Of a DNA stretch of 64,000 nucleotides, positions 21,671-29,434 are shown one piece after another. This stretch comes from a virus. The notes beneath the pieces were generated by a model. It searched no databases. It saw nothing but the letters and a program-made list of their open reading frames with translations, and was not told the DNA's origin. The DNA is taken from the IMG/VR virus record IMGVR_UViG_3300043399_000633, positions 32,887 through 96,886 of that record; one strand, 5' to 3'. Every line of letters starts with the position of its first letter. The first letter of the stretch is position 1. Position numbers and translations under genes: made by a program.

Positions 21671-22263
21671 GTAAGCAAGTGTGGGTATTTTTTAACGAAG
21701 TCATGAAAAGTCAAATTAAAGAAAGAAAGAGTAAAGATTATTCGTGTATTTTCAATATTTTCAATGCTGTGTGCCTGCCTAACACTCAAAGCATACCATT
21801 TATTGATTTCTAAATGATACTCTTTGTCTACTGTCAAATCTTCATATTTAAATACATTTCCTGTACCTGGCCCGGATTTAAAATCTCCATGTGTAGTGTA
21901 CATTACAGTTTTAACATCTTTCCCTCCATCTTTGATATAAAAATTCAATGCAAAAATCCTTACCCGATCTGCATGCGGAGGCCAACATGCATATTGAAAT
22001 TCTTCTTCTCTTATGTTTTTAATTACACCGACTGCTGCTTTGAAATCCTCTTCGAAGAAATTTTCAAATTCTTTCTTTGCTAAGTAATTTAACTCCATGT
22101 CATCTTCAACAAATTTTCTAGAAACACTGTTTTTTTTGTAATCTTGTATTTTGTCATGCATTGCCTTTAACTCTAACTCTAATGGAGCAGAGTTAGCGAT
22201 TCGGTACGCTGCATTTATAATATCCTCTGAGGGCATTGGAATATTTTTTAATTCTATAATCAT
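21667..22263 (-). CDS. 2OG-Fe(II) oxygenase-like protein
   Basis: PHAD...HSI.N...R. Confidence 0.6.
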   Translation of the reverse strand: MIIELKNIPMPSEDIINAAYRIANSAPLELELKAMHDKIQDYKKNSVSRKFVEDDMELNYLAKKEFENFFEEDFKAAVGVIKNIREEEFQYACWPPHADRVRIFALNFYIKDGGKDVKTVMYTTHGDFKSGPGTGNVFKYEDLTVDKEYHLEINKWYALSVRQAHSIENIENTRIIFTLSFFNLTFHDFVKKYPHLLT

Positions 22264-22271
22264 GTCAATAT

Positions 22272-23474
22272 TTATGTCATCGGGATAGGCTTACTATGCA
22301 TTTCTATAAATTTTAATGGTTTGCCGGTCGAATCGTAGTTAATAAATTTGGGGTTAATGCCATGGATCATCTCCATTACCTGTCCATAATGAAAATCTCT
22401 TTCTTTTTGTGATACCAGTGGGCTTTTGAAAAACCAATTACTATGCTCTTGGAAAAAATATCCTGATGGTTTTTCAGCTTGGAAAATAAATTCTGACCAT
22501 TGTTCGTATAATATTTTTTTAAAGAATATGTCATGGACGAGAAAAGCATCTGCTCCGCTAGGAGTTTTGACCGTAATTTTGTCATAAAAATCACATTTAA
22601 TTTCTCGATTACATATAGGTTCCATTATCCTTTTTAAAATAAAACACTGCTTTTGCCACAATTCCGGCATGTCTACTGTATAATAAAAATGCTCTGTTTT
22701 TGGCTTAAATCCAGCAAAAGCAGCACTGTTGTAATTTCCCCAAACAGTAGTGACGTCATCAAAATATACATAGAATTTTTTATTACCTGGATAAAAAGCC
22801 ATCCTTGGTTTATCACACCCTGTTAATAATGCGGTACTACCTTTATCATTATATTTTCTCAGTAGTTCTCCTATCAAGTTGTGACCTGCCAAGCTGGGGG
22901 ATGCTCCTAGTCCTGAAACCGGAAGTGTATGTAATTTGTTTTGCAGAATTAAATCAATAGCATGGGTAGTGTGATCTAAACATGATATTTTAATTTTTGG
23001 AAATTTGTTGGCAATTTCTTTAAGTTTAGGTTCGGCGGCCTCGCTGTATTCAAATATCAAATTAGATGCTTTTCTATTAGTTCTATCAAAATAAGGTTTT
23101 AATTTTTCTATGGCCTGTATGGGATAGGTCGTTACAATCTCATCAATGTGAATACCATTGTCTAAAAAACTATCTATAACATTGTTACTATCAGCTCCGC
23201 CGCTGTACGCAACGACAATGAAATCATACTTACTTCTTAACTGCTCTGCTCTATCTTTATACAATGTTTTTAGTGATAGCGGGCTTTCATTTTTCCAATT
23301 TAAAGAAGAATAAAAAGAGTCAAAATAATGGTATTTGACTTCTATACTATTACAAGAAGATGCATATCGCAAACATTCAGCTTTATCGAAAAAGTAGTGG
23401 TTATTGGAGCTCCAATAACCACTACTAGTTTGTAAAGCAATATTTTCTGCTTCGAAAACGTTCGTCAGCATCAT
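22272..23474 (-). CDS. PP-loop protein, paralog of 17585..18811
   Basis: SGGADS, GCDKP. Confidence 0.75.
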   Translation of the reverse strand: MMLTNVFEAENIALQTSSGYWSSNNHYFFDKAECLRYASSCNSIEVKYHYFDSFYSSLNWKNESPLSLKTLYKDRAEQLRSKYDFIVVAYSGGADSNNVIDSFLDNGIHIDEIVTTYPIQAIEKLKPYFDRTNRKASNLIFEYSEAAEPKLKEIANKFPKIKISCLDHTTHAIDLILQNKLHTLPVSGLGASPSLAGHNLIGELLRKYNDKGSTALLTGCDKPRMAFYPGNKKFYVYFDDVTTVWGNYNSAAFAGFKPKTEHFYYTVDMPELWQKQCFILKRIMEPICNREIKCDFYDKITVKTPSGADAFLVHDIFFKKILYEQWSEFIFQAEKPSGYFFQEHSNWFFKSPLVSQKERDFHYGQVMEMIHGINPKFINYDSTGKPLKFIEMHSKPIPMT

Positions 23475-24307
23475 AGACCGTATTTTTTCATTGTTTCGAC
23501 ATACAATTCCAAAGCCTCTTCTTTTTCTTTTCCTTGCAATTGAACTGGACCAGCACCCATGGCTTTTAGTTCTTCAGTCCAACCTGAATGTTTAATTGCA
23601 GTTTCTAAGCAACTAATTGCTTTTTGTTTTTGTTCCGGTGTTGCATTTTTGTGTATAAATGCTCCATTGAAACTTACGCTTTGTAATTTTACATTTCCTC
23701 TTACGTAAGGTTTGTTAAATTCAACTCTAAACAGTTCTTTGATTTCTTTAAATTGATTTAACCAATTTAAACCACTAGTGGCACTAATAAAATATACATC
23801 TAAATCTCCATTCATGATTAAAGGTAATGCTTTAGCATCACCTCCAGTGGGAATAATTTGTATGTTAGGGTTTTGTTCTTTTAATTGAAGGGCCATGATA
23901 TGATGTGAAGTTCCTAATCCCGGAATTCCTATATTAATTTTTTGTGTTAATAACGCATCCCAGTCTATAGCCTCCTTCTTTGCTAATGCAAGAACAGGCG
24001 CAGCTATCAAAATCTTATATAGTTCAATCGGTGGATTTTTTACTGGGCTTTTGTTACCAAATAAAACAGGTGAGCCCAAATATATCATGTTAGGAAAATC
24101 TCCTATAAAATTGACAGCAGGCACTGACATTCCTCCTGGTCTATAGAATACTTGAAATTCAGAATTATATTTTTGTAATAATCTTGCATATCTATCAGAT
24201 GTGCCTCCGGGAGGGAAATCTATAACGACACCGCATCCATGTGTTTGTTGTGCATGACTGCTCATAGTTGCCCATAACAATACAAAAATTGCTAAAATTT
24301 TCTTCAT
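23471..24307 (-). CDS. Bug/TctC solute-binding protein
   Basis: Signal peptide, FPPGGTSD..AR, G.GTSHH. Confidence 0.8.
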   Translation of the reverse strand: MKKILAIFVLLWATMSSHAQQTHGCGVVIDFPPGGTSDRYARLLQKYNSEFQVFYRPGGMSVPAVNFIGDFPNMIYLGSPVLFGNKSPVKNPPIELYKILIAAPVLALAKKEAIDWDALLTQKINIGIPGLGTSHHIMALQLKEQNPNIQIIPTGGDAKALPLIMNGDLDVYFISATSGLNWLNQFKEIKELFRVEFNKPYVRGNVKLQSVSFNGAFIHKNATPEQKQKAISCLETAIKHSGWTEELKAMGAGPVQLQGKEKEEALELYVETMKKYGL

Positions 24308-24377
24308 AAAAACTTCCTTTAAAACTTTATTTATTTGGTACCAACAGTTGAATTAAAAAAAACGGGTAAACAAAAAG

Positions 24378-24406
24378 TTGACAAATATCGAAAACAATGC
24401 TATTGT
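24378..24406 (+). promoter_or_regulatory. Sigma70-type promoter
   Basis: TTGACA-17 nt-TATTGT with extended TG. Confidence 0.55.
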
Positions 24407-24444
24407 TTCAACGTAATTTTTTACCAGGACTAAATAAAGATACT

Positions 24445-24585
24445 ATGAATAACTTTACTTGTAACAATATACTAAAACATGAAGGATTATGGTTTATTGC
24501 AGCCATGACAACCTTTGCGCCGGTATATCCTACAAGTATCCGTGGCTCAGAGGATAACCAAAGAGGTAGCCCGGGGACTAGGTAA
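24445..24585 (+). CDS. Putative 46-aa leader peptide containing all 20 amino acids
   Basis: ATG after TAAATA; stop 25 nt before a terminator; no clear SD. Confidence 0.45.
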   Translation: MNNFTCNNILKHEGLWFIAAMTTFAPVYPTSIRGSEDNQRGSPGTR

Positions 24586-24610
24586 AGTCTAACATAGAAA
24601 AGATTTATCT

Positions 24611-24645
24611 AACCCCTGGGAAACTAAAAAGTCCCAGGGGTTTTT
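24611..24645 (+). terminator. Intrinsic terminator (possible attenuator)
   Basis: AACCCCTGGGA/TCCCAGGGGTT stem followed by T-run. Confidence 0.75.
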
Positions 24646-24653
24646 AGTTTGTG

Positions 24654-24851
24654 TTGACAATAAATGGAGAATAGACTAGAATATGGAAAGTTGACAGTCA
24701 CACTTAAGTGTGAATGGCAAAAAGGTAAAAAGAAAAATTTGACAATAAATGGAGAACAGAATAGAATATGGATCGTTGACAGATACAAATTCGAATCTGT
24801 TCAAAAAGATAGAAAAAAACTCTTGACAAAAAATGGAGAAAAGATTAGAAT
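24654..24851 (+). promoter_or_regulatory. Three tandem sigma70-type promoters
   Basis: TTGACAA(T/A)AAATGGAGAA.AGA.TAGAAT at 24654, 24739, 24823. Confidence 0.7.
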
Positions 24852-25130
24852 ACAAAACTTACAAATTTACAGATTGGTCCAAGCATCTATATCTAACGGA
24901 ACAGCAACGCAAGCAATTGATCGCTGAGAAGTTAGAAAGAGCAAGGATTCAATATCTCGCTACGCAAAGGTCACCTCATAAAGTGGCTCAGTAGCAAAGT
25001 GTGAATGGGAAACGTGGTCCCGAGGCGCACTTAAAACATGTCTCAAACGGGCGGACTGTAGGATGAAGCCTCTTGTGTGAGGTGAAAAATTACAGGCTAG
25101 GGTATAACCCTAGCATAGCGTAGAAATACG

Positions 25131-25207
25131 CTATTCTATAGTGTACTGAACGAACAATGCCCCATGCTTTTGGCGCATGGATCGGCCCTCAGTGTACTAT
25201 AGAATAG
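25131..25207 (+). repeat. Long-stem hairpin family member
   Basis: 19-bp stem with G.U pairs. Confidence 0.7.
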
Positions 25208-25214
25208 TGTATAT

Positions 25215-25289
25215 AGGGGGTTCGCCAAGTGGTAAGGCATCTGATTTTGATTCAGACATTCGGTGGTTCGATCCCATCACCCTCTGCCA
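25215..25289 (+). tRNA. tRNA-Gln(TTG)
   Basis: Cloverleaf, CCA. Confidence 0.9.
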
Positions 25290-25290
25290 A

Positions 25291-25430
25291 TCTAATATAT
25301 TCTAGCACTTAGAGAATGACTGCACGGGACTGTGGAGCAAAGCAGGAACCCGGCGGCAATAATTGGGTGGTAGCTTGAACCCTACTTCTTGATTCTCATT
25401 CTGGTTCACTGAGTGCTAGAATATATTAGA
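25291..25430 (+). repeat. Long-stem hairpin family member
   Basis: 21-bp stem enclosing about 98 nt. Confidence 0.7.
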
Positions 25431-25435
25431 TACAA

Positions 25436-25510
25436 GCCTGGTTAGCTCAGCGGTAGAGCAGCGTCTTGATAAGGCGTTGGTCGGTGGTTCGACCCCACCA
25501 CTAGGCACCA
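25436..25510 (+). tRNA. tRNA-Ile(GAT)
   Basis: Cloverleaf, CCA. Confidence 0.9.
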
Positions 25511-25518
25511 CAAATTAT

Positions 25519-25595
25519 GGGCCATTAGTTCAGTTGGTAGAACGCCTGCCTTGCAAGTAGGATGTCGTGGGTTCGATTCCCACATGTGTCCACCA
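25519..25595 (+). tRNA. tRNA-Ala(TGC), bulged acceptor
   Basis: Cloverleaf, G3.U70, CCA. Confidence 0.85.
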
Positions 25596-25604
25596 AAAAC
25601 AAAC

Positions 25605-25645
25605 TGGGATTATTGTCAGTCAGGTCAGACGGCTCAGTTCGAAGT
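25605..25645 (+). pseudogene. Truncated tRNA 5' half upstream of HNH gene
   Basis: D arm GTC-AGTCAGGTCA-GAC; no T arm or 3' acceptor strand. Confidence 0.5.
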
Positions 25646-25694
25646 AACCGTTCAACATTCTTCGTTTGTGATAAATACATCAAGGAGAATAAGT

Positions 25695-26159
25695 ATGTTA
25701 CTTCAATCATCTAAAATCAAGTGCAGGCACTGTGAGAAATTAATTTTTCCGCATAGTGTCACCAGGCACGATGCGGTGTGTCATCTTCACCCGGACAATA
25801 TAAGACTATGTAAGATATGTAACGAGCCAATTTTTAATTGGCGAGAATCAAAGGGAACATGTTCACATGCATGTGCTAATAAGCTGTTCAGAACAGGTGA
25901 AAATCATGGGAATTGGAAACCAGAACGGTATCAAACTACTTGTTTTGAACACCATGAAAGAAAATGTGTAGTATGTGGGGAAGATAAAGTAGTTGCGGTC
26001 CATCATCTAGACCATAGCAAGAAAAATAATCACCCTTCAAACCTGATTCCAATGTGCCCGACGCATCACCAATATTGGCATAGTAAGTATAGAACATTAA
26101 TTGAGGATAAGGTTCTATCTTACATAGAATCTTGGAAGAAAAAGAATAACTCTCTATAG
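25695..26159 (+). CDS. HNH endonuclease with zinc fingers
   Basis: CVVC...VHHLD...N...NLIPMCPTHH; AGGAG RBS; stop inside tRNA-Pro. Confidence 0.85.
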   Translation: MLLQSSKIKCRHCEKLIFPHSVTRHDAVCHLHPDNIRLCKICNEPIFNWRESKGTCSHACANKLFRTGENHGNWKPERYQTTCFEHHERKCVVCGEDKVVAVHHLDHSKKNNHPSNLIPMCPTHHQYWHSKYRTLIEDKVLSYIESWKKKNNSL

Positions 26160-26225
26160 CGTAACCAGGTAGCGTTCCTGATTTGGGGTCAGGAGGTCGG
26201 GGTTCGAATCCTCGTAGGGAGACCA
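26150..26225 (+). tRNA. tRNA-Pro(TGG)
   Basis: Cloverleaf, CCA. Confidence 0.9.
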
Positions 26226-26231
26226 AACATT

Positions 26232-26326
26232 GGAAAGTAATGCAGGCATATTGGTGTGCCGACTAGTTTCGAAAGCTAGGTTCCCATGTGACATGGGATG
26301 GGGTTCGATTCCTCTGCTTTCCGCCA
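26232..26326 (+). tRNA. tRNA-Ser(CGA), 8/4-type fold
   Basis: 8-bp acceptor, 4-bp T stem, 6-bp D stem, long variable arm, GCCA. Confidence 0.75.
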
Positions 26327-26330
26327 GTTT

Positions 26331-26392
26331 TAGGATGCTAACAGCAAATTTTAACATCAAACTGCTAATTTGAAACGTTAAAACGCATCCTG
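26331..26392 (+). ncRNA. ACAGCAA-stem (Y-RNA-like) RNA with anticodon-loop cargo (GCT)
   Basis: TAGGATGC/GCATCCTG stem, TAACAGCAA, TCAAA-CTGCTAA-TTTGA. Confidence 0.65.
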
Positions 26393-26404
26393 TGATATAT
26401 CTGT

Positions 26405-26481
26405 TGGGGTGACATACGACGGGAAGTATACTGGGCTTTGAACTCAGGTCTTAGTCGGTTCGAATCCGACCACCCTTGCCA
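26405..26481 (+). tRNA. tRNA-Gln(TTG), atypical D arm
   Basis: Cloverleaf, CCA. Confidence 0.8.
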
Positions 26482-26518
26482 AATTTTTTGTCAGCATAGT
26501 TTGTCACTAAATAGTGAT

Positions 26519-27343
26519 ATGAATATTTCCTATGCTGATAATGGATGGACTGTGTTCATCAACGATGATCTAACCACATTGTCTAACGACGAAATAAAGC
26601 AAGTTGCTAAATTCGTTGTTACAAATATGGTTGTTGTGTTCAAAAAACAAAACCTTACTCCAGAACAGGAATTAAAATTCTGTAGAGTGATAGGCAATCA
26701 CCAGTACTACCCTGCTTCGTATGAACGAGGAAAGCATATCAGATTGAATGACGGTATACTTAGGGTGACTGGTAAAAAAAATGAATATGGCGAACCTGGA
26801 CTTTTTGGCCATACTTCTGCACTTGATTGGCATGCCAATCAACCTAGTAACAAAGAACGTAAGCCATTGATTTGGTTGTACGGTGCAGAAGGGACTAAGG
26901 GTTCAAGAACAAGCTGGCTCAACAATATTGCTAGCTATCAGGATTTGCCCACTGATCTCAAAAATGAAATTGATAGTCTACAAGTTTTTTGTGGATACGC
27001 AAAAGGCAAGTATTCTAATAGTTCTTATTTTGTAGAACATGTCAATGAGTCTAATCCCATTGATCTTGTTCAAACAAACAAAGAAGGTAAGAAGGGATTG
27101 TTTTTTCCATTCTTACAAATATTCGGCTTTAAAGATAAAGACGAACAGTATTTCAACAAAATAATGCAACAATTGATCGATCATGTCGTTCAAGAAAAGT
27201 ACATGTATCATCATGATTGGGATGACGGAGATGTTGTCATTTCAGAACAAATATTAAGCATCCACAAACGTTGGGCTTTTGATGATATGGAAAATCGTGT
27301 GTTGCATAGAATTGCGTTTGACTATTCAAACGTATACAAATAA
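26519..27343 (+). CDS. TauD/TfdA-family dioxygenase
   Basis: VVVFK.Q.L, WHAN, W..GDVVI...HKR, R.L.R. Confidence 0.85.
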   Translation: MNISYADNGWTVFINDDLTTLSNDEIKQVAKFVVTNMVVVFKKQNLTPEQELKFCRVIGNHQYYPASYERGKHIRLNDGILRVTGKKNEYGEPGLFGHTSALDWHANQPSNKERKPLIWLYGAEGTKGSRTSWLNNIASYQDLPTDLKNEIDSLQVFCGYAKGKYSNSSYFVEHVNESNPIDLVQTNKEGKKGLFFPFLQIFGFKDKDEQYFNKIMQQLIDHVVQEKYMYHHDWDDGDVVISEQILSIHKRWAFDDMENRVLHRIAFDYSNVYK

Positions 27344-27348
27344 TCATT

Positions 27349-27423
27349 GCTCGGTTCGTCTATCGGTTAGGACGCTGGCCTTTCACGCCGGAAAGAGGGG
27401 TTCGACTCCCCTACCGAGTACCA
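27349..27423 (+). tRNA. tRNA-Glu(TTC)
   Basis: Cloverleaf, CCA. Confidence 0.9.
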
Positions 27424-27432
27424 AACAATTTT

Positions 27433-27508
27433 GCCGCTTTAGCTGATGTGGTCATAGCAACGGTTTGAAGCATCGTGGAACTAGGTTCGATCCCTAGAGG
27501 CGGCACCA
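27433..27508 (+). tRNA. tRNA-Phe(GAA)
   Basis: Cloverleaf, CCA. Confidence 0.85.
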
Positions 27509-27514
27509 AACATT

Positions 27515-27590
27515 GCCCGCGAAGTATTAGCTGGTGGTATGCCGCCTTCGTAACGCGGAGGATTCAGTTCGAGGCTGAACGCGGGCACCA
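27515..27590 (+). tRNA. tRNA-Thr(CGT)
   Basis: Cloverleaf with 31-39 mismatch, CCA. Confidence 0.75.
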
Positions 27591-27592
27591 AT

Positions 27593-27681
27593 AGTGAGAT
27601 GCCAGAGTTGGTCTATTGGCACTGATTGGAAATCAGTTGGTCGGAAACGGCACAAGGGTTCGAATCCCTTTCTCACTGCCA
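27593..27681 (+). tRNA. tRNA-Ser(GGA)
   Basis: Long variable arm, CCA. Confidence 0.9.
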
Positions 27682-27684
27682 AAT

Positions 27685-27752
27685 TTGACAACAAATGCAC
27701 TTGGTGATATACTATGTGCATACGCTGAGAAATCAGCGACGATCTTTAAAAA
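27685..27752 (+). promoter_or_regulatory. Promoter plus boxB/boxA-like antitermination leader
   Basis: TTGACA..TATACT, GCTGA-GAAA-TCAGC, GATCTTTAAAAA; similar at 28337, 31556, 36747, 40181. Confidence 0.6.
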
Positions 27753-27754
27753 GT

Positions 27755-27939
27755 TGTGTTCTTAAGGCTGATGACGGCAATCGTCAGAAGGCTTTAATCC
27801 AACCCCGAGCAGAGTAGCTTTGCCGAGCGAAGTGTTAGGGAGTCTCTATCATTTAGCGGATAGGATACCGGCTCATCGAGCGGGTCACGGTGGGTTCGAA
27901 TCCCCCTAGAGTTTATTGGACGTCAGCCTTAAGAACATA
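27755..27939 (+). ncRNA. Unknown structured RNA enclosed by 19-bp stem
   Basis: TGTGTTCTTAAGGCTGATG/CGTCAGCCTTAAGAACATA; internal GGTTCGAATCC T-loop. Confidence 0.55.
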
Positions 27940-27945
27940 TAGTAT

Positions 27946-28020
27946 ACACCGTGAGGCAGCTGGAGTGGCCGATAGTCCTTCAAACTATTGAGATGGGATC
28001 AAAACCCATACGGTGTACCA
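27946..28020 (+). tRNA. tRNA-Glu(TTC), atypical (C33, ATCAAAA T loop)
   Basis: All four stems pair, CCA. Confidence 0.7.
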
Positions 28021-28027
28021 ATCACAT

Positions 28028-28103
28028 GCCGTAGAGTCCACCTGGGGGTGATACTTCACTGTCTATGAAGCAGCGGCGGGTTCGATTCCCGTCTACGGCG
28101 CCA
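28028..28103 (+). tRNA. tRNA-Asp(GTC), atypical
   Basis: Cloverleaf, CCA. Confidence 0.8.
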
Positions 28104-28175
28104 AAATTGAGAACTTCAATGAACACGAGGAGTTTAATTCATGAAGCGTCCTTCATGGTCTCATTCAATTTCTAT

Positions 28176-28254
28176 TCCGCGGAATCCGAGCGTGGTGCAC
28201 GGACTTGACTGTTAATCAATGACTAGCTGGGATCGTCACCCAGACGCGGAGCCA
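28176..28254 (+). tRNA. tRNA-Asn(GTT), atypical
   Basis: CTGTTAA loop, ATCGTCA T loop, GCCA. Confidence 0.7.
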
Positions 28255-28433
28255 AACATTAAGACTTTAAATAATCATACTTAAAGTCTGACTAATGGTT
28301 GACAATAATTCGTGCAGGTGCTACAATACATGCATGAGTTGAGAAATCAACTAGTTCTTTATACAATTTAACGGTTTCAAGGTATTACGTTAAAGAGACA
28401 CTGGGTTTTCACTAGTGTTCGTTGACGTAACGT

Positions 28434-28538
28434 GATACCATATTTCAACGCATTAGTGGAGGTTTGCTCAGTAATAGCAACCTTTAAATGAGATGGCTCT
28501 GATCTTATCACGCCAATAGTGTGTTGAAATATGGTATC
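28434..28538 (+). repeat. Long-stem hairpin family member
   Basis: GATACCATATTTCAACGCATTA/TAGTGTGTTGAAATATGGTATC. Confidence 0.75.
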
Positions 28539-28539
28539 G

Positions 28540-28623
28540 GGAGGTTTGGCAGAGCGGTCGATTGCGCCTGACTGTAAATCAGGTCTTAACAGCACGGTGG
28601 TTCGAATCCATCAGCCTCCACCA
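28540..28623 (+). tRNA. tRNA-Tyr(GTA)
   Basis: Cloverleaf, CCA. Confidence 0.9.
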
Positions 28624-28629
28624 ATTATC

Positions 28630-28728
28630 GGGCACGTAAGCATCTAGCGGAAGATGCTACTCGCTGTGTTGCCATGAATACAGCAAATAAGGAGGAGAGT
28701 GCAGGTTCGAGTCCTGTCGTGTCCACCA
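28630..28728 (+). ncRNA. tRNA-like RNA with elongated anticodon arm
   Basis: Acceptor with G3.U70, D and T arms, ACCA; about 38-nt central arm. Confidence 0.65.
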
Positions 28729-28941
28729 AAACAATCCTTGAGTTTGACTGGTCTGCGCGCGGCTTGTTAATAGTTGGGAATGTCACTTTCGACAGTGACC
28801 TCAAGGGCCCCAAGTTATGGAGATAGAAACTGACAGATTGAATTAAGTCCTCGTGGAGGCGGATACTGGTTCAATGGTCAGCGGATAACGTGGACGGCGT
28901 ATGGGTCATGCCTATACGCAGGCGGTCTCCACCAAGATATA

Positions 28942-29010
28942 GGCTTTAGAGTGATTGGAAATCCTATCTCTTTCATGAGGAGATGTTGCGAGGTTTGAAT
29001 CCTCGATAGC
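28942..29010 (+). pseudogene. Degenerate tRNA(CAT)-like sequence
   Basis: ATCTCT-TTCATGA-GGAGAT arm, T arm; poor acceptor, no CCA. Confidence 0.4.
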
Positions 29011-29102
29011 CCACACAAGTATCCCACACACATCGAATGGTGCGGTAAGGAATCAAGAGATTCTGTCGTGGGAAGTCTAGCAAAAAGCCGTGACGGCTAG
29101 AC

Positions 29103-29179
29103 ACCATAGTTCAGCACATTTTGAAGAAACCCGAGGTCTTCTACGACGGGACGGGGCTCTTAGTGTGCTGAACTATGGT
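29103..29179 (+). repeat. Long-stem hairpin family member
   Basis: ACCATAGTTCAGCACATT/AGTGTGCTGAACTATGGT. Confidence 0.75.
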
Positions 29180-29226
29180 AAAGGAGTAATTAACCTCAAC
29201 CATACTCGGAAGTCATGACTCCGAGG

Positions 29227-29353
29227 ACCCGTGGTAGTTTAATGGCAAAATGAGAGAGATGATGGGTTCGTGACCCATCCGTCCTTAGTCGGGGCGTAGG
29301 TTAAGTGTAAACCGCAGACAGATGAGGGTTTCGAAACCCCTCCCACAATGGGT
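29227..29353 (+). ncRNA. Anticodon-less double tRNA-elbow RNA
   Basis: D arm, T arm, hairpin, D arm, T arm, closed by terminal stem. Confidence 0.55.
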
Positions 29354-29434
29354 TAATATTCAAATTGCTAAAGTAAAATGCTAAAAACCTCAAGTAAATG
29401 ATAAATAGTTACACAACTACTATAGCATTTTACT

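Noticed and set aside
24901-24907. Additional ACAGCAA handle (also near 52186)
   Set aside because: No flanking complementary stem; a 7-mer is expected by chance.
24664-24927. 87-aa protein with internal repeats
   Set aside because: The repeats correspond to three tandem promoter copies; coding is not supported.
27946-28020. Opal suppressor or Sec tRNA (TCA)
   Set aside because: The 5-bp stem ATAGT/ACTAT centres the loop on TTC; genes show no sign of stop-codon recoding.
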